Source: an uncultured Chitinophaga sp.
GTDB lineage: Bacteria; Bacteroidota; Bacteroidia; Chitinophagales; Chitinophagaceae
Direction: 5' to 3'
Length of the DNA stretch: 64,000 bases
NCBI GenBank assembly: GCA_964453625.1
Contig: CAYVSH010000001.1
Coordinates: forward strand, 6,080-70,079
The notes beneath the pieces were generated by a model that saw only the letters and a list, made by a program, of their open reading frames with translations, searched no databases and had not been told where the DNA came from. Below are positions 19,990-29,436 of this stretch, in pieces. The translations under genes were made by a program, and so were the position numbers. The stretch's first letter is position 1. Each line of letters opens with the position of its first letter.

Positions 19990-20905
19990 GCTGTCGGCCT
20001 GTTGTAAGTGATAAAAAATAATCCTCTAATGAATGTTTGGAATGGAAAGAGAGTACTGGTATCCCTTCATTCACCATTTCTTTCATAACTGACGGTATAT
20101 CATTCCTGTGCAGTTTTAATAAAATGCAGTCATTCCGCCTCCCTTTTAACCATTTTTCCAAACTTGAATGTTGTAATTTTTTATAAGATGCATCATCATC
20201 CGTTGTTCTTAATTCCACAATAGTTTCTGCTGGATCAAAAAGTTCTTTTACTTTTCCTTCTACAACTTTCTCCCCTTTATCAATAATAATCATCGAGTCA
20301 GCGATCAACTCTATTTCGCTTAATAAGTGAGATGAAATAAGCAACGTCTTATTTCTTTCCTTGCTTAATTGAATGATAAGATTTCTTATGTCAGCAATTC
20401 CCTGAGGATCGAGTCCGTTTGTTGGTTCATCCAAAATGATCAGGCGGGGATCATGCACCAAAGCCGTGGCAATGCCCAGCCTTTGTTTCATTCCCTGCGA
20501 ATATGTTTTTACTTTGCTATGTGCCCTTGCCTGCAAACCAACCATTTCCAGTTGCTCCATTAACTTCTTTTCTGAAACCTTTACACCGCTCATTGCAGCC
20601 ATTATACGTAGGTTTTCCAATGCAGTAAGATATTTGTATAGATCGGGTTTTTCAATAATGGCCCCAACCTGCCTAAGAATTTCTTTCCGATGATGCTTTA
20701 AATTCAATCCAAATATTTCTATTTCACCCGCATCTGGCCGTATCAAAGTAAGTAGCATCCGGATGGTTGTTGATTTACCGGCTCCGTTCTGCCCAAGAAA
20801 TCCATAAACCTGGCCTTCTTCCACCGAAAAAGAAAGATTTCTGACAGCATCAATATCCCTAAAAGATTTTTGCAGGTGTTTAACTTCGATAAGCTTGTTC
20901 ATCAT
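19967..20905 (-). CDS. ABC transporter ATP-binding protein (BcrA-like)
   Basis: Walker A GQNGAGKST, signature YSQGMKQR, Walker B IILDEPTNGLD. Confidence 0.95.
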   Translation of the reverse strand: MMNKLIEVKHLQKSFRDIDAVRNLSFSVEEGQVYGFLGQNGAGKSTTIRMLLTLIRPDAGEIEIFGLNLKHHRKEILRQVGAIIEKPDLYKYLTALENLRIMAAMSGVKVSEKKLMEQLEMVGLQARAHSKVKTYSQGMKQRLGIATALVHDPRLIILDEPTNGLDPQGIADIRNLIIQLSKERNKTLLISSHLLSEIELIADSMIIIDKGEKVVEGKVKELFDPAETIVELRTTDDDASYKKLQHSSLEKWLKGRRNDCILLKLHRNDIPSVMKEMVNEGIPVLSFHSKHSLEDYFLSLTTGRQHVETSKN

Positions 20906-20979
20906 TTAATTTATAACCGTTAAATGTATCAAAGGTTTTCTCATTTATATTCTTTATTAAAATAAATTAAGTATAAAAC

Positions 20980-21010
20980 TTGCATTTATAGATTGTAGAT
21001 AGTACGTTTG
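20980..21010 (+). promoter_or_regulatory. Bacteroidota primary-sigma promoter (-33 TTG / -7 TAnnTTTG)
   Basis: ACTTGCA (TTG at 20980) and TACGTTTG at 21003-21010; same 23-nt offset as the promoters at 29331 and 30933. Confidence 0.65.
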
Positions 21011-21217
21011 TGAAGGTTCAGAAAACCACATACATCCCTCGTAAAACTACGATAAACGACCGTACCTGATCAACTTCACTTTTGAATAGTGTACGTCTAT
21101 TTAAAGTTTTTTACAAACTGATGCCGGTGGTTGCCGATGCCAAAAACTAACATCCAATATTTCTGTGGGTAGACTAAAAGATCCTTCTGGCTTATTGTCA
21201 GGACTAAACCCTAAGAA

Positions 21218-21631
21218 ATGACAAAAATAATTGCACTAGTTTCCATTATTGTCCTACGGATATTTAATCAAACTCCGCAAACGCAGGCAGCATTGCCGGC
21301 ATTTGGCCTCCCATTACAATCCTTTTCAAATTACATTACAAGTCCTTCTAAATTTATCAGTGCCACTGGCAAAATCGTAAAAGATAAAATCATTATCGCC
21401 TGGGAGATAAACGGGAATGAAACTGCAGATCTGTTTGAAATTGAAAAAAGTAAAGACGGGAAAATATTTTTGCTGGCAGCCCTTGTTTTTGGAACTGATA
21501 ATGCAAAAACAGATAGTTACCAATTCTATGAAAAGCTGGCTACTGAAAAAATGTTTTATCGAATTAAACTGATCAATAAAAACAAACAAACGGAGTATTC
21601 AAGAATCATTTCGATCACTCCTGCTGTATAA
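21218..21631 (+). CDS. Small exported protein made only of the Ig-like domain that normally precedes a T9SS CTD
   Basis: IIIAWEINGNETADLFEIEKSKDG...FYRIKLINKNKQTEYS parallels LKWITATEENVSHFVVEKSFDG...YYRIRTVDNDGKFEFS in 27048..29159; no CTD follows. Confidence 0.7.
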   Translation: MTKIIALVSIIVLRIFNQTPQTQAALPAFGLPLQSFSNYITSPSKFISATGKIVKDKIIIAWEINGNETADLFEIEKSKDGKIFLLAALVFGTDNAKTDSYQFYEKLATEKMFYRIKLINKNKQTEYSRIISITPAV

Positions 21632-21643
21632 ACAATTGCAACT

Positions 21644-21781
21644 ATGGCAAAATCAGTAAAAAAAGTGATCCGTGAGGAATACAACCGCCTGAAAAGGGCA
21701 ATGGAAAAAATGATGAAACCAAAAAAGCAAGGTGCTATGCCATCATTGATACTACAACCGGTAAGAACAAAAAATAATTGA
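21644..21781 (+). CDS. 45-aa basic hypothetical protein (below the ORF-track cutoff)
   Basis: MAKSVKKVIREEYNRLKRAMEKMMKPKKQGAMPSLILQPVRTKNN*; ATG 12 nt after the upstream stop, preceded by an A-rich context. Confidence 0.55.
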   Translation: MAKSVKKVIREEYNRLKRAMEKMMKPKKQGAMPSLILQPVRTKNN

Positions 21782-21864
21782 GGGGTACGATCTAATAACT
21801 ATTTTTCATACACTTAGAGTACCAACAGAGTACAAAGCCCTTTTTCTAAAGGGCTTACTCTTTT

Positions 21865-22152
21865 TTATCTCTTACCAAAATAAGATTGCAGATTTGCCAC
21901 ATATTCCTCAAATGCTTTGATGCCGGTTTTTGTAATCTTACAAATAGTTTGTGGGTAATTATCCTTGAACTGTTTGGTTATTTCAATGTAATCAGCTTCT
22001 TTTAATTTTTGGATCTGCACACTTAAATTACCAGCAGTAGCATTAGTTTTTTCCCGGATGAATGTAAACTCTGCCTCCTTCACACTAATAAGAAGTGACA
22101 TAACTGCTAACCGAAGCTGTGAATGTAATATTGGATCAAGTTCTTTAAACAT
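21865..22152 (-). CDS. Winged-helix transcriptional regulator (HTH_34 / MarR-ArsR-like)
   Basis: LDPILHSQLRLAVMSLL...TAGNLSVQIQKLKEADYI...T..G..AF. Confidence 0.9.
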   Translation of the reverse strand: MFKELDPILHSQLRLAVMSLLISVKEAEFTFIREKTNATAGNLSVQIQKLKEADYIEITKQFKDNYPQTICKITKTGIKAFEEYVANLQSYFGKR

Positions 22153-22846
22153 TAGCTTCTTTTAGTTCCCTTTTGGCATTTTGATAATCTTTCTCCATAA
22201 TAATACCTGGAATTAACCAGGCGAATATTGCCGAAAGTGCTACCAATAACAGATCAATTTTTATTGAAGTATAAATTGTTACTATACAACAAATCCAGCA
22301 GAATAACCCACCCAATAACATGGGTTTAAACTTCATGCTGACACCAGTAACAAAGGTTGGCAAGCCATATAACAAGAGAAATAAAGATGACTGATATTCA
22401 TAAAAACGAAATGCAGGTGAATGCCCTGCCAGATTTCTGTACTCCTCGGCAACTGGGCGATACGCATCCATCATAGAGCCAGTAATGTAAACCAACAGAA
22501 AGATACAAATACCAAAGCCCAGCCATAGGTAATCCATAAACGCATCACCATAAGCTTTTACTTTTCGTTCCTTTTTTTCACGAATGGTAAAATATATTTG
22601 AGGTATTACTGCTGCAAAAGTTAGCCAGTATATGTTGAAATGCAGTTTAAAATCAAAATGAATCTCTGCCAATTTAACTAATGAACAAACTGCAATAACA
22701 GTTCCCCACAATATTGCAGCAATACCAGTATCATGACAGGCATCTTTAGCTTTATTGATCATCTGAGTAATGAGATCAAGACTTTCTTTTTCTGATAATA
22801 TTTTCTCGGTTGCCATTACTATGGTTTGATTAATGATTGATTGCAT
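22145..22846 (-). CDS. Multi-pass membrane protein (paralog of 22830..23417); start may be ATG 22819
   Basis: ESLDLITQMI...LWG...LYGLPTFVTG...FKPMLLGG; about six hydrophobic segments. Confidence 0.8.
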   Translation of the reverse strand: MQSIINQTIVMATEKILSEKESLDLITQMINKAKDACHDTGIAAILWGTVIAVCSLVKLAEIHFDFKLHFNIYWLTFAAVIPQIYFTIREKKERKVKAYGDAFMDYLWLGFGICIFLLVYITGSMMDAYRPVAEEYRNLAGHSPAFRFYEYQSSLFLLLYGLPTFVTGVSMKFKPMLLGGLFCWICCIVTIYTSIKIDLLLVALSAIFAWLIPGIIMEKDYQNAKRELKEANV

Positions 22847-23417
22847 TATTCCTTACCCGAAGCATATAAGCTGGGATAATATAACTGAACAGGATAGCGG
22901 CAGCACCGAAAAGCATCTGGTAATCATAGCTCACATATACTGAGCCAATGGCAAGTCCCCAGGCAATGATGCCGCCAATTATCAATGGTCTGAAACGTAG
23001 TATACAGCCAGAAACAAATGTGCCAAGGCCATATAAAAGAATGAAAAAAGGAAAAACAGAAAATGCCCAACCTATTTTTGACAAGATCATACTTAATACA
23101 AAAAAACTGATACCCATTCCTGTCCACAGGTATTTCATACTTTCACCTATGTATGTTTTTACCTTGCTTTTTCTGTCCTCCTTTGAACCCTGGTAAACTG
23201 AGAATATGACACCAATGACAATAACACTCCATACGAGATAATGCTTTTCATATTCGTAAACATGCTTCAGAATAAATTGAGCTGTACAGGCAAAAAATGT
23301 AAGCCAGCCCCAAACAAGGAAATAAATTCCATTATCCGACATATCCTGTTTTGTTTTACTTATCATGGACTGAATAAGCTGAAGGCTTTGTTCAGGAGAA
23401 AATTTTACGTCTGACAT
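22830..23417 (-). CDS. Multi-pass membrane protein (paralog of 22145..22846)
   Basis: QSLQLIQSMI...VWG...LYGLGTFVSG...FRPLIIGG. Confidence 0.8.
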   Translation of the reverse strand: MSDVKFSPEQSLQLIQSMISKTKQDMSDNGIYFLVWGWLTFFACTAQFILKHVYEYEKHYLVWSVIVIGVIFSVYQGSKEDRKSKVKTYIGESMKYLWTGMGISFFVLSMILSKIGWAFSVFPFFILLYGLGTFVSGCILRFRPLIIGGIIAWGLAIGSVYVSYDYQMLFGAAAILFSYIIPAYMLRVRNNAINH

Positions 23418-23467
23418 GATCCGGTTATTGATTGATAAAAAAGGTTTTCTTCTTTAATAAAAGACAT

Positions 23468-24130
23468 CTACTTATACTGTGACAAAAAATAACTAATTGT
23501 CCCTCTGCCCCATTGCACGTCAATGCTACTGCCAGGTTTACTTACCATAAAAATTTCATTGGCTTTTTCAAATAACTTTTTTGCTTCTTCTTTGCTTCCG
23601 CCAAATTGTTCGGGTGTATAAAACTTATCCTGCCCTTCCAGAATATAAACCCTTGGATTATTTTCGTTCAGTGATTTTGCTTTTGCCAAAGCTGTGGCAG
23701 CTTTTGTTCCATCGGTCATATACCGGGCCATCGGGTTGCCCATCATTCTGAGAGAGTGAACCATTTTATACAAGCAATAAATTTCTGAGTTATCAGGGTT
23801 AATGGCATCTGCTTTATTTGCCAGTTGTTCTGCTTTATCTGCCAACGGGTCTGTTATAGAAGAGTTATCACCAAAGCTACCATCTTGTGGCATTGACAGG
23901 TTTCCTGCCATTACAGTACAGTATGCAGCATAATAGTAAGGTTCCCATTTTGTTTTTTCAGCATCTGCAATCCTTTCAAATGAGTTAGCAAGATCTTTGT
24001 ATGCCTGTGCTGTATTGTTGGAATCCAGCATAGCAACTTTAGACTCCATTGCTTTAATATACTTATCTGTTTGCGCAAATGTAGCAGTCATCAATATTGA
24101 AGCTGCAATAAGAAATAATCCTTTTTTCAT
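23468..24130 (-). CDS. Exported TPR-like hypothetical protein
   Basis: Signal peptide; FERIA..E...W.PYYY, NENNPRVYIL, TPEQFGGSKEEA; all-helical. Confidence 0.7.
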   Translation of the reverse strand: MKKGLFLIAASILMTATFAQTDKYIKAMESKVAMLDSNNTAQAYKDLANSFERIADAEKTKWEPYYYAAYCTVMAGNLSMPQDGSFGDNSSITDPLADKAEQLANKADAINPDNSEIYCLYKMVHSLRMMGNPMARYMTDGTKAATALAKAKSLNENNPRVYILEGQDKFYTPEQFGGSKEEAKKLFEKANEIFMVSKPGSSIDVQWGRGTISYFLSQYK

Positions 24131-24166
24131 TGTAGTGGTTTTTATTGTTAAAATTTTTTGTTCGAA

Positions 24167-24661
24167 TTAATCTACCAATGGACTTAACAAGGGCCATTTT
24201 AAGATCATCATAAAAAAAGCAAGAATTGGTGTAAGCAAAGCCATGATTCCCCAAAGCTCCCATTGCTTTAACAAACCCGTGAATTGCTTATCGTTATAAT
24301 CTCCATTGGCAACACTTGTATCCAGGTACTTTTTCATTTTGGATTGCAGTGGTGCCACTTTCCAGCCAAATAGTATTCCGGATAATGAAAACAAAACAAT
24401 CGGCCAGAAAATCCAACCAGTTCTTAATAACGGAATTCCTGCATAAATGGCTGCAAGTAAGCCCCCTGCAGTAATAATAATAACGCCAGGAATAGTAAAC
24501 AACCTGTCCGACCTGATAATACCTTTAGCAGTGTGATGAATGATAGCGAAGTTGTTAGTTCTCATCGCAAACCTCATCCAGAAAAGTCCTGTTATGATTT
24601 TTCCCAGAAAAGCTACAACTGCCAATAAGTGTATTGCTTTTAAAAGAAGATAGTAATTCAT
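24167..24661 (-). CDS. DUF2269 family membrane protein
   Basis: LKAIHLLAV..G, DRLFTIPG, W...S..LF.LSG..F...VAPLQ, FMMILK. Confidence 0.75.
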   Translation of the reverse strand: MNYYLLLKAIHLLAVVAFLGKIITGLFWMRFAMRTNNFAIIHHTAKGIIRSDRLFTIPGVIIITAGGLLAAIYAGIPLLRTGWIFWPIVLFSLSGILFGWKVAPLQSKMKKYLDTSVANGDYNDKQFTGLLKQWELWGIMALLTPILAFFMMILKWPLLSPLVD

Positions 24662-24672
24662 GTATAATCTTT

Positions 24673-26928
24673 TTACAACCCGTTATTGATCACTTCATCA
24701 CTCCTGTCTACTCCAAAACTTATAAATGCACCGATAAATACAAACATCCTTGAAGTGGGCACTATTGCTTCTTTCCTAAATCCGTTATAGGAGTATTGAT
24801 ATCCATAAGTTTGCCTGATATTGAAAATATTACTTATCTGCAGTACATACACAGCAAATGATTTTGGATTTTCTTTTCCAATAAAAGGAAGATAGTTAAC
24901 CGATAAACTTACGTTGTGATAGTCAGGAATTGTTCCCCTGTCGTTGAACTTATAATTGCTTCCATCAAAACCGATATTATAATACGGTCGTCCGCTTGCA
25001 TAGTTATATGCTATGTTCAGGTTTGATTTTAGTTTCTGAATAAATTTCTTTGTTACCACGGAAGCTGTATGCTTTGCTGCAAAATTGGGAGTAATGGCAA
25101 ACGGAAAGTTTAAGAAGTCTCTTTCAGTATCCAGGTACGAATAAGAAATCCAATAATCGAAATTCTTAATTGTCTTTTTGTCTCTCCAGAAAAATTCAAT
25201 TCCTTTGGCATCCCCAAAGCCATTATTATTAATAGCGGATTCAGCAAAATTCACATTCCTGGTTTTAACCAGGTTGTCATATTTTTTGTAAAAAACTTCA
25301 GCACGGAATGATTGTTGGTTTACTACTTTTTGAAACTGGGCAATATAATGAGTTGCCTTCATAAAATCCAAAGCATTGGGCGATGGCAGGTAACGGCGTT
25401 CTGGGTTTTGATAAAAAATCCCATATGCAAGAGAAGCCTGTGTTCCTTTTCCAAGTTTATACGCCAATGAAAGACGGGGTGCAATATTAGCTTTATCAAG
25501 AATTGAAGAATGCTCCATTCGCAAGCCTCCTTTTATAGCCAGGTCATTGGTAGCATATACATCCCCTTCGGCAAAAAATGCCTTAATATGCTCTTTTACG
25601 TTATTGGGATATTGCTGGTTATCATAAGCAGTATATGTGAGATGATCATTGCTATAATTATACTCGCCTCCAAAACGAACAGCACTAAGACCTTTCAGTT
25701 TTTTTTCTAACATTACTCTTGAATTAAAGTAATTCCCCTTTGTTTTTATAGCAAACTTTTTAAACTCAAGCCCTGTCAGTTGCACATCGTTCTTATTCTG
25801 GTCCTGCATAACGCTGTTAATATCATCCCTGTTATTTGTAAAGGATGTACCGATATTTATTTTCCAGCGTTTAGGTAAGTTTTCTTTCCATGAAAGATTG
25901 TGGTAGAGATTACTGTTCTTTATTGAGAACTTGTCAAGATAACCCAATGAGTCGAGACTGTTAGTAGTAAAGCCAAGTCTGTTGCTGCTGAAATAACCAT
26001 AATATTTTAACATGCCTGTCTTTGAAGTCTTGATCCTGAAATTAGCATCCAGGTTATGATAAGCAGGAACTTTTGAATAATCCTGCCTTTGTTTTATCAC
26101 AGCAAATGCAAGACTAAGATCGGTATAGCCATAACTAGCCCCCCATGATGACTTTTTATTTTTTGCGAGGTGCTGGTAACCAGCACTACCGCTTAAAACA
26201 GTGAGACCAATGTTTGCAGAAGTTTGTTCAGGCAAATCAATTGATTCCAGGATCAACGCAGATGAAAGTGCCTGGCCATATAATGCAGAATAACCACCAG
26301 TACTGAAAACAGTTCCTTTAAAAATAAAAGGAGAAAATCGGCCGAACTGTGCAATGTTGGGAACACTGCTGTAAAAGAAATTATTAACTAAAGTTCCATC
26401 TATAAATGTTTTTGTTTCTGCAGCCGTACCACCTCGAACAAAAAGACCTTCGCTTTCGCCAACCTGTTGTGCACCAGGTAATGTTTTTAAAGCCCCTGTA
26501 ATATCACCATTGGCACTTGCAGTTGTTACAATATCTATTGGGTCTAAAACTGCAGATGCTCTTTTCCTGTCACTGGCTTCAAATGTTCCGGCAGTAAGGA
26601 CCACTGCGGTAAGTTCTGTAATCTCTTGTTTCAGTGATGCATCTATGGTTAATACACCACTCTCTAATTTTACCGTTTGCTCAAACGGCTTGTAACCAAG
26701 GTTAGTGATTACAAGAATTTGCTGGCCTTTTTCAGTTGTTTTAAATGAATAATTTCCGGCTGAATCTGAAGTGGCGCCATCATATGTATCCTTTAATGTA
26801 ATGCTGGCCCCGCCAACAGGATTGTTCTTGTTATCTCTTACTGTCCCTTTAATAGTTACTTGTGAAAAAACCGTTTGAAAGGTTCCGGTAAAAAGAATAA
26901 TCAGTATGAAATTTTTAAACCAGTTCAT
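24673..26928 (-). CDS. TonB-dependent receptor (carboxypeptidase-regulatory-like N domain, plug, barrel)
   Basis: VTIKGTVRD N domain, LKTLPG...LFVRGG...DG plug, SALYGQALS; beta-barrel C-terminal region. Confidence 0.85.
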   Translation of the reverse strand: MNWFKNFILIILFTGTFQTVFSQVTIKGTVRDNKNNPVGGASITLKDTYDGATSDSAGNYSFKTTEKGQQILVITNLGYKPFEQTVKLESGVLTIDASLKQEITELTAVVLTAGTFEASDRKRASAVLDPIDIVTTASANGDITGALKTLPGAQQVGESEGLFVRGGTAAETKTFIDGTLVNNFFYSSVPNIAQFGRFSPFIFKGTVFSTGGYSALYGQALSSALILESIDLPEQTSANIGLTVLSGSAGYQHLAKNKKSSWGASYGYTDLSLAFAVIKQRQDYSKVPAYHNLDANFRIKTSKTGMLKYYGYFSSNRLGFTTNSLDSLGYLDKFSIKNSNLYHNLSWKENLPKRWKINIGTSFTNNRDDINSVMQDQNKNDVQLTGLEFKKFAIKTKGNYFNSRVMLEKKLKGLSAVRFGGEYNYSNDHLTYTAYDNQQYPNNVKEHIKAFFAEGDVYATNDLAIKGGLRMEHSSILDKANIAPRLSLAYKLGKGTQASLAYGIFYQNPERRYLPSPNALDFMKATHYIAQFQKVVNQQSFRAEVFYKKYDNLVKTRNVNFAESAINNNGFGDAKGIEFFWRDKKTIKNFDYWISYSYLDTERDFLNFPFAITPNFAAKHTASVVTKKFIQKLKSNLNIAYNYASGRPYYNIGFDGSNYKFNDRGTIPDYHNVSLSVNYLPFIGKENPKSFAVYVLQISNIFNIRQTYGYQYSYNGFRKEAIVPTSRMFVFIGAFISFGVDRSDEVINNGL

Positions 26929-26994
26929 ATAATAAATCAGATTTGGAGCACAAACATAAAGTAGTTTATAATATAAACCAAATTGTTTTTACAA

Positions 26995-27025
26995 AAAGAA
27001 ACCCATCCTGGGACCAGGACGGGTT
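26995..27025 (-). terminator. Intrinsic terminator of the 27048 gene (identical copy at 29437..29467)
   Basis: Minus strand AACCCGTCCTGG-TC-CCAGGATGGGTT followed by TCTTT. Confidence 0.85.
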
Positions 27026-27083
27026 ATACCCTTAATACTAATGAAAATTATTGTTTTACGATTTTTTGTTGTGCTGTTGCGCC
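26995..27083. repeat. 89-bp direct repeat, copy 1 (last 11 codons + 3'UTR + terminator of the T9SS paralog)
   Basis: Identical by eye to 29437..29525. Confidence 0.95.
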
Positions 27084-29159
27084 ATCACAGATTGCCCGTA
27101 CAATATAAAAGCCAGGTTGCAAATTGCCTATATTGATTGTTTCAGTCTGGCTACTGCTGAAATTTTCAATTCTTTTGGCCACCTGTCCGTTAGCATTAAA
27201 AAGCTCAATCATCACTTTCTTATTTTGCCAGCCAGAAGGCAACGTAATATTTAGTTGCGTACTAGCAGGATTTGGATAAGTAACAATATTGATTGCATTT
27301 TCTGCCTGCTTTGAAATCCTGATAACCCGAACTGAAGAAAATTCAAACTTACCATCATTATCAACCGTACGAATACGATAATAAATTACACCAGATTGAA
27401 CTGTACTTACATCATCTTTCAAAGTATAGCTCTTATTAGTAGTTGTATTTCCGAAAGCAAACACAAGACCAGCGTCACTATAATTCACTCCATCAAAACT
27501 TTTTTCTACTACAAAATGACTAACATTCTCTTCTGTGGCTGTTATCCATTTTAGATCCACTTTTTTTACTGTATTATTTAATGTGGCAGTAAAGGATTCC
27601 ATTTTTACAGGCAATGTCGTCATTTGAGGATAAACAAAACCTCTGGTTACCATACTATATTTACGGGTTTCTGTTGTATTGCTTGATATGATCATTCCTA
27701 CTTTCACTGTATATGATGATAGATTAGTATTAGAAACCGTAAACATGTATTGTTTTGCACTTGTATCAATTCCATTAACTGTTTTATTATCTATATTAGT
27801 TCCTCTGAAACTACCAGCTGTTGGCTGTGTAATCTGAATGCCTGGGTTATTATTTACGTAAGCAGCAGTGGCGCCTGTACCCATTCCAATTTCATTGAAC
27901 TCCCTTAAACTGGAATTACCATCTATATCAAGTGCTGTTAAAGTAAATGAACTTAATGATAATGGGATATTAGTTCCGGTAATCATATTACGAAGAGTAA
28001 ATACTGCATAAAAAGTACCTATCCCGCCACCAGGAGTTATATGAGGTTGAAAACCTTCAATAAAACCAACGCCAGCTCCATTATCATCCACAATAGCCAC
28101 TTTTGCTCCATTTACTAAACTATCAATCTGAACATGAACATCCATCCCCGGTGCTACACTTTCATATTTATATACAGCACCTGTCTGCTTATCTGTCCCT
28201 GAAATCAAAACGGGATTAGCAGTAAAATCGAAAATATTTTGTGTCAGAGATGCCATTAAAGGTGCTGGAAAATTTAAAATAGAGCAGCTAGACGTTTGTG
28301 ATCCTGAAACTTTACCATTTGGGATATAGTTGACTGGGGTAGCAACACAATACGAATTCAAAAACAGGCCACCTGCTGTGTTTGCTGAGTTCATCACAGA
28401 AATGGTGCCACCACCTGTAATATTTGTTTTATGATTTTTTAAAGTAATATTTTCAATGGTTCCATTGGCATTAACTCCACTTAGTTTAAAAACTCCAAGT
28501 GCACTTGCAACTTGAACTTTTACATCTTGAAAATGAATATTGCTACCCGTGATCATAAAATCACCTGTATTATGCCAGCCTACCGAAACTGAGCTATATA
28601 ATAATGTATCAATTGAATTTGAATTTTGATTGTAGTCTTTACCTAAAGTGACAGATGTATTATATAATTTTCTTGATCCCCAATTCTTATTTTCAAAATT
28701 TTCTGCTACCTCTACATAACTGTTCCTTATTTCCACATAACCACCTGCATTTATAAAAGAGCCGGTTTGAGGTGTGCCCGATTCACCAGCACCAATAAAT
28801 CGGTATTGACGATACTCTGCATTATTAATATAAACTTTACCCGTTGAAGCATTTGTAAACGTTAATCCTGATGCCACAATCAATCTTGGAGATAAACCTC
28901 CGGGATTGGCTATATTAATAGTACCATTATTTAAAATATTTGAACCCGTAATTGTAACTACATGTTTAATATTTATAACAGCTGTTGTTGGAATATTGCC
29001 AGCATTAGGAACAACTCCGCCTTGCCAAGTTGCTGCACTGGTCCATGAACCATTAGCAATGGTAGTATAAGTTTGTGCAAATACTCCTGTTGAATAAATA
29101 ACTGCAATAACTACTACCAGGTAGTTTACAATTTTTTGTAATGGTACAATCTTTTTCAT
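27048..29159 (-). CDS. T9SS type-A substrate, paralog A (extra N-terminal domain); start ATG 29159 or GTG 29168
   Basis: Signal peptide, TIANGSWTSAATWQGG N domain, GAVYKY..V..G.D domain, LPVKMESF Ig-like domain, TYPNPA...GFYIV CTD. Confidence 0.85.
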   Translation of the reverse strand: MKKIVPLQKIVNYLVVVIAVIYSTGVFAQTYTTIANGSWTSAATWQGGVVPNAGNIPTTAVINIKHVVTITGSNILNNGTINIANPGGLSPRLIVASGLTFTNASTGKVYINNAEYRQYRFIGAGESGTPQTGSFINAGGYVEIRNSYVEVAENFENKNWGSRKLYNTSVTLGKDYNQNSNSIDTLLYSSVSVGWHNTGDFMITGSNIHFQDVKVQVASALGVFKLSGVNANGTIENITLKNHKTNITGGGTISVMNSANTAGGLFLNSYCVATPVNYIPNGKVSGSQTSSCSILNFPAPLMASLTQNIFDFTANPVLISGTDKQTGAVYKYESVAPGMDVHVQIDSLVNGAKVAIVDDNGAGVGFIEGFQPHITPGGGIGTFYAVFTLRNMITGTNIPLSLSSFTLTALDIDGNSSLREFNEIGMGTGATAAYVNNNPGIQITQPTAGSFRGTNIDNKTVNGIDTSAKQYMFTVSNTNLSSYTVKVGMIISSNTTETRKYSMVTRGFVYPQMTTLPVKMESFTATLNNTVKKVDLKWITATEENVSHFVVEKSFDGVNYSDAGLVFAFGNTTTNKSYTLKDDVSTVQSGVIYYRIRTVDNDGKFEFSSVRVIRISKQAENAINIVTYPNPASTQLNITLPSGWQNKKVMIELFNANGQVAKRIENFSSSQTETINIGNLQPGFYIVRAICDGATAQQKIVKQ

Positions 29160-29185
29160 CGTTTTCACTTTAGGGTGTAGGGTAT
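29153..29185. repeat. 33-bp direct repeat around the start codon, copy 1
   Basis: Identical to 30752..30784. Confidence 0.9.
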
Positions 29186-29238
29186 GATCGAAGCTTTTTA
29201 GCTTCCCTTAAGTCAACTATGAAAACCGATTTGTAAGA

Positions 29239-29418
29239 TTGAAACAGACAGGAGGTAAATCTCCTATTGAGAGTAGTTTGTTTCAGGGGTCGGATTTCGT
29301 CGTTTTCTAAGGGATTGTTCGATTCTAACACAAACATAATACGCAGTTTTTTTACTTGCAAGTTTTTTGCGTACTATTTCTCAAATAAAACCGTAAATAC
29401 TGTAGTGTTTTTACGATT
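29239..29418. repeat. 180-bp direct repeat (promoter + 5' leader), copy 1
   Basis: Matches 30841..31020 with one mismatch (29396 A vs 30998 T). Confidence 0.95.
29331..29361 (-). promoter_or_regulatory. Primary-sigma promoter of T9SS paralog A (same sequence at 30933..30963 for paralog B)
   Basis: Minus strand ACTTGCA ... TATGTTTG, fitting TTG/TAnnTTTG. Confidence 0.7.
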
Positions 29419-29436
29419 ACACTTTAGAATTGATTT

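Noticed and set aside
29170-29361. 63-aa ORF in the leader of paralog A as a leader peptide
   Set aside because: Its start codons overlap the -33/-7 promoter boxes, and the second copy has an early stop (CAA TAA), so the frame is not conserved.
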